A DNA stretch of 63,805 nucleotides, filler included, from Reticulomyxa filosa (lineage: Eukaryota; Protista; Foraminifera): assembly GCA_000512085.1 (NCBI GenBank). It is 10 parts of 10 records of this genome, joined end to end, with 100 filler letters (N's around TTAATTAATTAA, not from the genome) between each part and the next. Parts side by side here need not be neighbours in the genome. Positions count along the whole stretch, not along the records: positions 42,767 to 60,601 come from ASPP01008734.1; positions 60,702 to 62,027 come from ASPP01027323.1; positions 62,128 to 63,805 come from ASPP01028411.1; 7 more parts are not named here. One strand, 5' to 3'. Shown piece after piece: positions 58,394 to 63,805 of the stretch (within the stretch, counting starts at the first letter, position 1; each line of letters begins with the position of its first letter). The notes below the pieces were generated by a model. That model searched no databases. It was not told where the DNA came from and worked only from the letters and a program-made list of their open reading frames with translations. A program made the translations under genes and the position numbers.

Positions 58394-59002
58394 AAAAGAA
58401 TAATAAAACTTGAAATTTTTATGAATGTAAATTTCAGGTTACATTTCAAATGTTATGACTTTTATTTTGTTGGATTGACAAATTTCACCAAAAAAAAAGT
58501 TATTGTCGTTTCCTTCTGGTTATTTATAAGTTGTAAAAATGATTCAACAAACAGTATTTGTCTTTGATCATAATTCAGAAGAGTAGTTAAAGGAAATCAA
58601 GTTGTTTCTATATTTCTGCAATTAATATTACAAGAAGCACAAAACGTAACTCAAATTTTTTCTTTTTTTATGCAAACGTTCGCAAGATTTTAAGTGTCGT
58701 GTTTTTGAACTTTTTTACCATTTTGAATTTTGGAACATATATAACTTCATAAAAAATTTTGAATTTAGGAGTTAATATGTTTAAACTCCGAATTTGGAGG
58801 TGGGCACTGGAACGTGCGAAGTTGATAGCATAACGTAGAAATAGGATTTGATTAATATTTTTTGATAATACAACAAAAAAAATTTATGACATTGATCTTA
58901 GAAGGATGAAAAAGTGCAAAGAATACAACACAAAGGAATAAATTTCAACATCATAAAGACAGAAAAAAGATAAAGATCTTTGCCAATTTTACACAACAGT
59001 TA

Positions 59003-60545
59003 TCAATTTTGATCACTTTTGACCAAAATCTCAATACAATTCATTAGCGTATCTGCATCATCGTAATCTTGGATCCCGAACGAACTCAGACGATCAAATT
59101 TGAGAGTTTTCATATCTTCACCTCTGAACGATATTTCTTCCATAATTTTTCTTAATTGTATATCATATTTCGAGAATCGCCCGTTTTCAATTGCGGAGAT
59201 CCAATCCACGACCTCATCAAAGTTCCAATTTTCCCAATCGTCTTGTTTCTTGGAAATATATGTCAGACAAGTAGCTCTGAGTAAACCGATTTGCGTTCTT
59301 ACCTCGTCGTGTTGCTTAAGCAATAAATCCAAGCTTCCATACATGGTTTGCAGTGACTGTAGTGATACGTGATCCCAAATGCCTGTAGATGTGATTTGTT
59401 TTTCTTCGGTTAGATCGCTTTTTGGTTTTGATGTGCTATTGTTGTCTTTGTTGTTCATCTCTCCATTACTGAGCCATTGCAAAGCAGCTGATTGTAGTGT
59501 GGTCATTTTCACTAATTCAGTTGCAATTGCGTTGATATAGTTACCAGCATTGCTACGACCACGGGGCAATCCGAATTGTGACAACTAAATTTACAAAGAC
59601 AAAGAAAAAACAAATGTAATATAACACAGTACATGTTTATAGTGAGTATGCAAAAGTGGTTGCCACATTCCTTTTAAAAAACAAAGTACATGGGATTGCA
59701 GTATGGCATCCAACACAGTCGAGCGTGGTGGAGGTAAAGATGGTGATGAAGAGAATGTTTTACTACTGTGTGGAGAGAAATAACACAATTATAAGAATTT
59801 GCATTACTTTCAAAGTACTTTTTTTTGTGCTTACTAGTTGTAGGATATGTAAACTTAACCATCCGTTTATTGTGTCCCTATTTCCGGGTTGGTCGGATAT
59901 ATTATTGTCCCTTTGTACGGGAGATATTTTATTGATATTGTTATTGGTTTCACGCAGCATTTTCAATTCATTTTCCAAATTTCGGATTTGTCTTGTATTT
60001 TTGTATTTCCAATAATTAAAGAGACCAAAAATAAAACAACAAATCAAACACAAATTTCTTCTTAACAAGCTTTGTTTATGCAGCTTTTGACGCAGCAATT
60101 CCAATTCTGAGGATTGTTCAACTGAATTGTTACCGAATGGAGACCTTCTTTCGGGTCCTGCAGATGTGCCATGTTTTTCTTCTATTTTTGTTTCTTCATC
60201 AACTTCGTTTTTCTCTTTTTCCTTTTCGCTATAATCGACGGTTGCAGTCTCTATAACAGTTTCGTGAGGATCTTCCAGCCATGGATTAGGCCGCACAGAA
60301 CTAGCTAATATGAGCTGCAGCGTATTTGGTCCATCCATGTGATTGGCCAATCTCGGGTTTCGTTTATACTGTGCAAATAGTACATACACACACATATCAT
60401 GTATACACATGTACATCCTTGCAATTGTGTAAAATCGAAATCGGAACAACAAACAAATAAAAAGAAACGCAACAGCACAAGCAAAACAATAGTCAAACAA
60501 ACGGTGAGCAGTGCGATGATCATCGGATCTGTCTTTGGGACAGTG
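59003..60545 (-). CDS. Membrane-anchored coiled-coil protein with C-terminal SAM domain (5' partial, multi-exon)
   Basis: WNFDEVVDWI..F.KY......F.GEDM..L....L..FGI..DD..TL...I is SAM-like. TM segment LCLICCFIFGLFNYW. Confidence 0.7.
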
Positions 60546-60601
60546 GTAAATGTAGCTTAGTTTTTAAATATGATATTGATTTTTTAATACCTTTTTTTTT
60601 T

Positions 60602-60701
60602 NNNNNNNNNNNNNNNNNNNNNNNNNNNNNNNNNNNNNNNNNNNNTTAATTAATTAANNNNNNNNNNNNNNNNNNNNNNNNNNNNNNNNNNNNNNNNNNN
60701 N
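60602..60701. other. Artificial contig linker
   Basis: Same 100-bp linker. Confidence 0.99.
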
Positions 60702-62027
60702 AAGCAATGCGTGAGCAATCTTGTACAAAACATGGAAGCGAGTTGCTCAAATACATTTAGATTGACTTCCCCTTCCAACAGCTTTACGTATGTTTTATAT
60801 ATAACTTTTTTTGTTTATCAAAAAATATCATTTGTATGTGTGTGTATCTTTGAATAAATTTGATAGGGCCTTGCAAACATCGTTGTCAGCGTTATCCCGA
60901 AACCTCTCGGTTGGTTTTACCAACAGTTAAATTTTTCTTAAAAAAAAAAATTACGTATAATTGTGGTATACGTTTTGATGATAAATATGTACAGGCATGA
61001 AATTATACGAACATATATGCGAACTTCTGAACGCATCAAGTGCAAATGTGGAGGAATTGTCCTTGCAATGCTCGTTTTCAATACCAGAGACGTCGACTTT
61101 TCCACTTTTATCGACACACTTCCCAAACGTGAAAGTATTGAATGTCTCCTCATGTCCTCCGATAGTCTCGAAATGGAATTTGGTAGGAGAAACAAAAACG
61201 TCGCTCGCATTTGATAGTTCGAAATGGAAAGCTGTGGAATCAGTCACTGTCGATGCAAAATATTTTTATTCTTTGACCGATGCCATTCACAAGGATTTCA
61301 CATCGCTCAAAAGCATTCGCATCGAAGACTGTCGAACCAGTGGTTTTTTGCATTTTGAACAACCGGTGTTTTTGCCCAGTGTGCAAAGCGTTGTTATTAT
61401 GTATCACTTGGCCAACAAAGTGATATCAATTGCAGAGTTTTGTCTTTTTAAAAAGTATAATAATATATATTAAATTAATAATAATAATAATAATAACATA
61501 GGGAGCAAAAAATCTTCGATAGAGTCAAATGCGACATACAACAGCTATTGACAATGATGCACAATGTGCAAAGTTTGAAAATTGGAGCGACAAACACGCT
61601 GCGATATTCAGAAGTGTATTTGAAGTGTTACCAGGGAATGAAATCCAGATCTTCTGAATATATCCTTGGTAAAAATGCAAGTGGAATTGCGTGGAAGGAT
61701 GTATTTGGCTCCAGATTGTATAATCAAATTAAGTCTCTTAGTATTGATATTGACGCATTTGGGTTTGTAAAGTATCTCGGACAGTTAGAAGAAAAAGAGA
61801 TTGAGAAAGAATTTTATTGGAATACTGCGATGCGACGAAGATATCAAAGGCGATTTTCATTGAAGTCGTTACATTTATCCTTCCCTGATAACATTGACGT
61901 ATGGCGAACATTGGTTGAAGCGCAATACAATATCATTTATAACCAATTGTTTGATATTGAAGAACTTACATTGCTTTTCCACAGTATTAATGAATCGCAA
62001 TTGAGACATATTATGACCAATGTTTCC
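60702..62027 (+). CDS. Internal fragment of an LRR-like protein (multi-exon)
   Basis: Repeated xxLxxLxL segments (NVEELSL, NVKVLNV, SLKSIRI, SLKSLHL). Confidence 0.5.
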
Positions 62028-62127
62028 NNNNNNNNNNNNNNNNNNNNNNNNNNNNNNNNNNNNNNNNNNNNTTAATTAATTAANNNNNNNNNNNNNNNNN
62101 NNNNNNNNNNNNNNNNNNNNNNNNNNN
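62028..62127. other. Artificial contig linker
   Basis: Same 100-bp linker. Confidence 0.99.
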
Positions 62128-62405
62128 CGCTTGCAAACAGCCAAAGCATAAACACGCAAACTCAATCAATAGTAAAACAAAAAAATTAATTTGACGTTTT
62201 ATTTTATTGTTATGATTTCATTTTAAATTGAAAATGAAGATTTTGTGTTTGCCAAATGGTTAATACAATCAAAAAAAGTAACTAACTCTTAAAAAAAATA
62301 AATTGTATTGTTCATTTTTATCACATCTAAAGCTTTCAAATAGCTATAAAAAGCTTATTTTCCCAAATGAGTAAGATTGAACACTACAATGTTTATTAAA
62401 AAAAA

Positions 62406-63805
62406 TTAATTCTTTTTTTGTTGTTTGGTGACTTTTTGAACAACGTCACAAAATTGTGGATTCAATCCAAATTCATCCATTAATATACCAGGAACGTGTT
62501 GAAGCACATTGCCTTGAATTAAAACTTCCTCTTCTTCACCATGTTCGTGGATGGATTGAATTGTGACAGAACAAGCAAATCTTTTTTTGCAATGTGAGAC
62601 AAACTCTTTGAAAGGGATGTTGTATACTTCAAGACCTTGCACATGTGTCATAAACTTATTCCCTTGGCGTTTATCAGCAAAAATTGTTACTTTTGGAACT
62701 CCTCCTGGACGAAATCTAGCAGTTGTTTCGTCGTTTGTTTTTCCAAATATTACTGCTGAAAATGGACTTAAATGCAATTCAAATCTATTTAAATATTATA
62801 TATATATATATGTATATATTATATATTTTTTAAATATATAAAAAAAAAAAAAAAATGAATGAAAGATTATTAACAAATTAGCTAATTCTCTGCGATGAAT
62901 CCAATCATCAACTCGAATATCTTGAACGTGTTCAGGCAATGAGTTTTTGAATTTGCGAAACTCTTTGGAATCACATAGCATATAATGCAGATCTGCATTC
63001 ATTCTGATTTTGGAGCCATCTTGTGGATGCACAAGTGAGTGATGTTGTATATACGACATTAAATATGTCATCGCATTAGATTTGGAGTGTAACTCTGATA
63101 TCGAGTCTCCAAATATCGGACTCAGTCGGTGATTTGCCTTTTTTTATCATAATAATATATACATAAATATACTCATATACACATATATGTATATGTATAT
63201 AATATAATATAATATAATATTGTGAATATAAATGGAAGACACAAAACTCGATATTTTGTGATAACAGAGATTTGGCCAGATGCATTGGCATTTTGATTAT
63301 ATTGCAGTTGTTGTGGTTGCTGTTGCTGCTGTTGTTGTTGTTGTTGTTGTTGTGCCAACTGTGCTTGTTTGTCAATTTTTTGAACCAATTGATCAAATTG
63401 GGAAGGTGACCAAAACCAATGCGAAGGAAGGATATCTTCGTCCGTGAATTTATTGATAAGTGCATTGAAATTGACATCTGTGATCACAAATTCGGTGTCA
63501 TTCTTGCGCATTGGTTTCCATTGCAGCAAATTTGAATATTTGGGATGTTTGCTAAAATCTTTGACAAACTTGGCCAGTTTTTTCCATGTGGTGGATGATA
63601 TCGAGGTTACCAATAGCTTTTGCAATGCCGACACATCTTTTATCTCTTTCACATTCAATTTACTCGGTTTTCTCACATACATATATTGCTTCGAACACAG
63701 TAATGACATGTTTATTGGAAGCATTTCTGGAGTCACTCCGTATCTCAATGTCGCCAGGAATTGCTGCATAAACACGTCATCGTTGTTGCTTGTACCTGTC
63801 TTTTT
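62406..63805 (-). CDS. EIF2D: Translation initiation factor eIF2D (ligatin), C-terminal SWIB + SUI1 part
   Basis: SSTTWKKLAKF, SWIB-like YI..HSL.HP.D...I..NA.L, SUI1 KRQGNKFMTHVQGLE..KRFACSVT..VLIQGN. Poly-Q at ~63308-63352. Confidence 0.85.

Overview
This is not one continuous locus. It is ten unrelated draft contigs joined by nine identical artificial 100-bp linkers (44 N + TTAATTAATTAA + 44 N). Nine contigs are from an AT-rich, intron-containing protist. The WD40 and TPR family signatures and microsatellite-filled introns suggest a foraminiferan such as Reticulomyxa filosa (inferred from recalled family signatures, not searched). Recognisable eukaryotic genes: three WD40 genes plus pseudogene remnants, TauE/SafE transporter, SPRY-like protein, DEAH helicase, COX19, myotubularin, CLN3, class I PI3K, TPR protein, zinc-ribbon/F-BAR protein, ALKBH6-like dioxygenase, GRP170/HYOU1, CLPTM1, cNMP-binding protein, KH/RRM protein, HAT1, M43 metalloprotease, RSP3, SAM protein and eIF2D. 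A CAP-Gly domain that the ORF track missed is also present. One contig (20811-23788) is bacterial, Rickettsiales/Holosporales-like: IS5-family end, tRNA-Thr(TGT), lnt and a restriction-modification specificity fragment. Most notable observations: (i) a ~33-aa module (IIQxWIRxLxIKLGWIDDFxKxxxxY) encoded as its own phase-0 exon, seen six times, N-terminal on WD40 propellers and apparently C-terminal in another gene, a candidate shuffled E3-adaptor-like domain; (ii) a MITE/foldback-like inverted-repeat family on two contigs; (iii) the probable endosymbiont contig; (iv) a bacterial-type M43 protease with introns, a mucin stalk and a knottin tail; (v) A-rich 3' splice sites. Several frameshifts sit in homopolymers and are probably sequencing errors.
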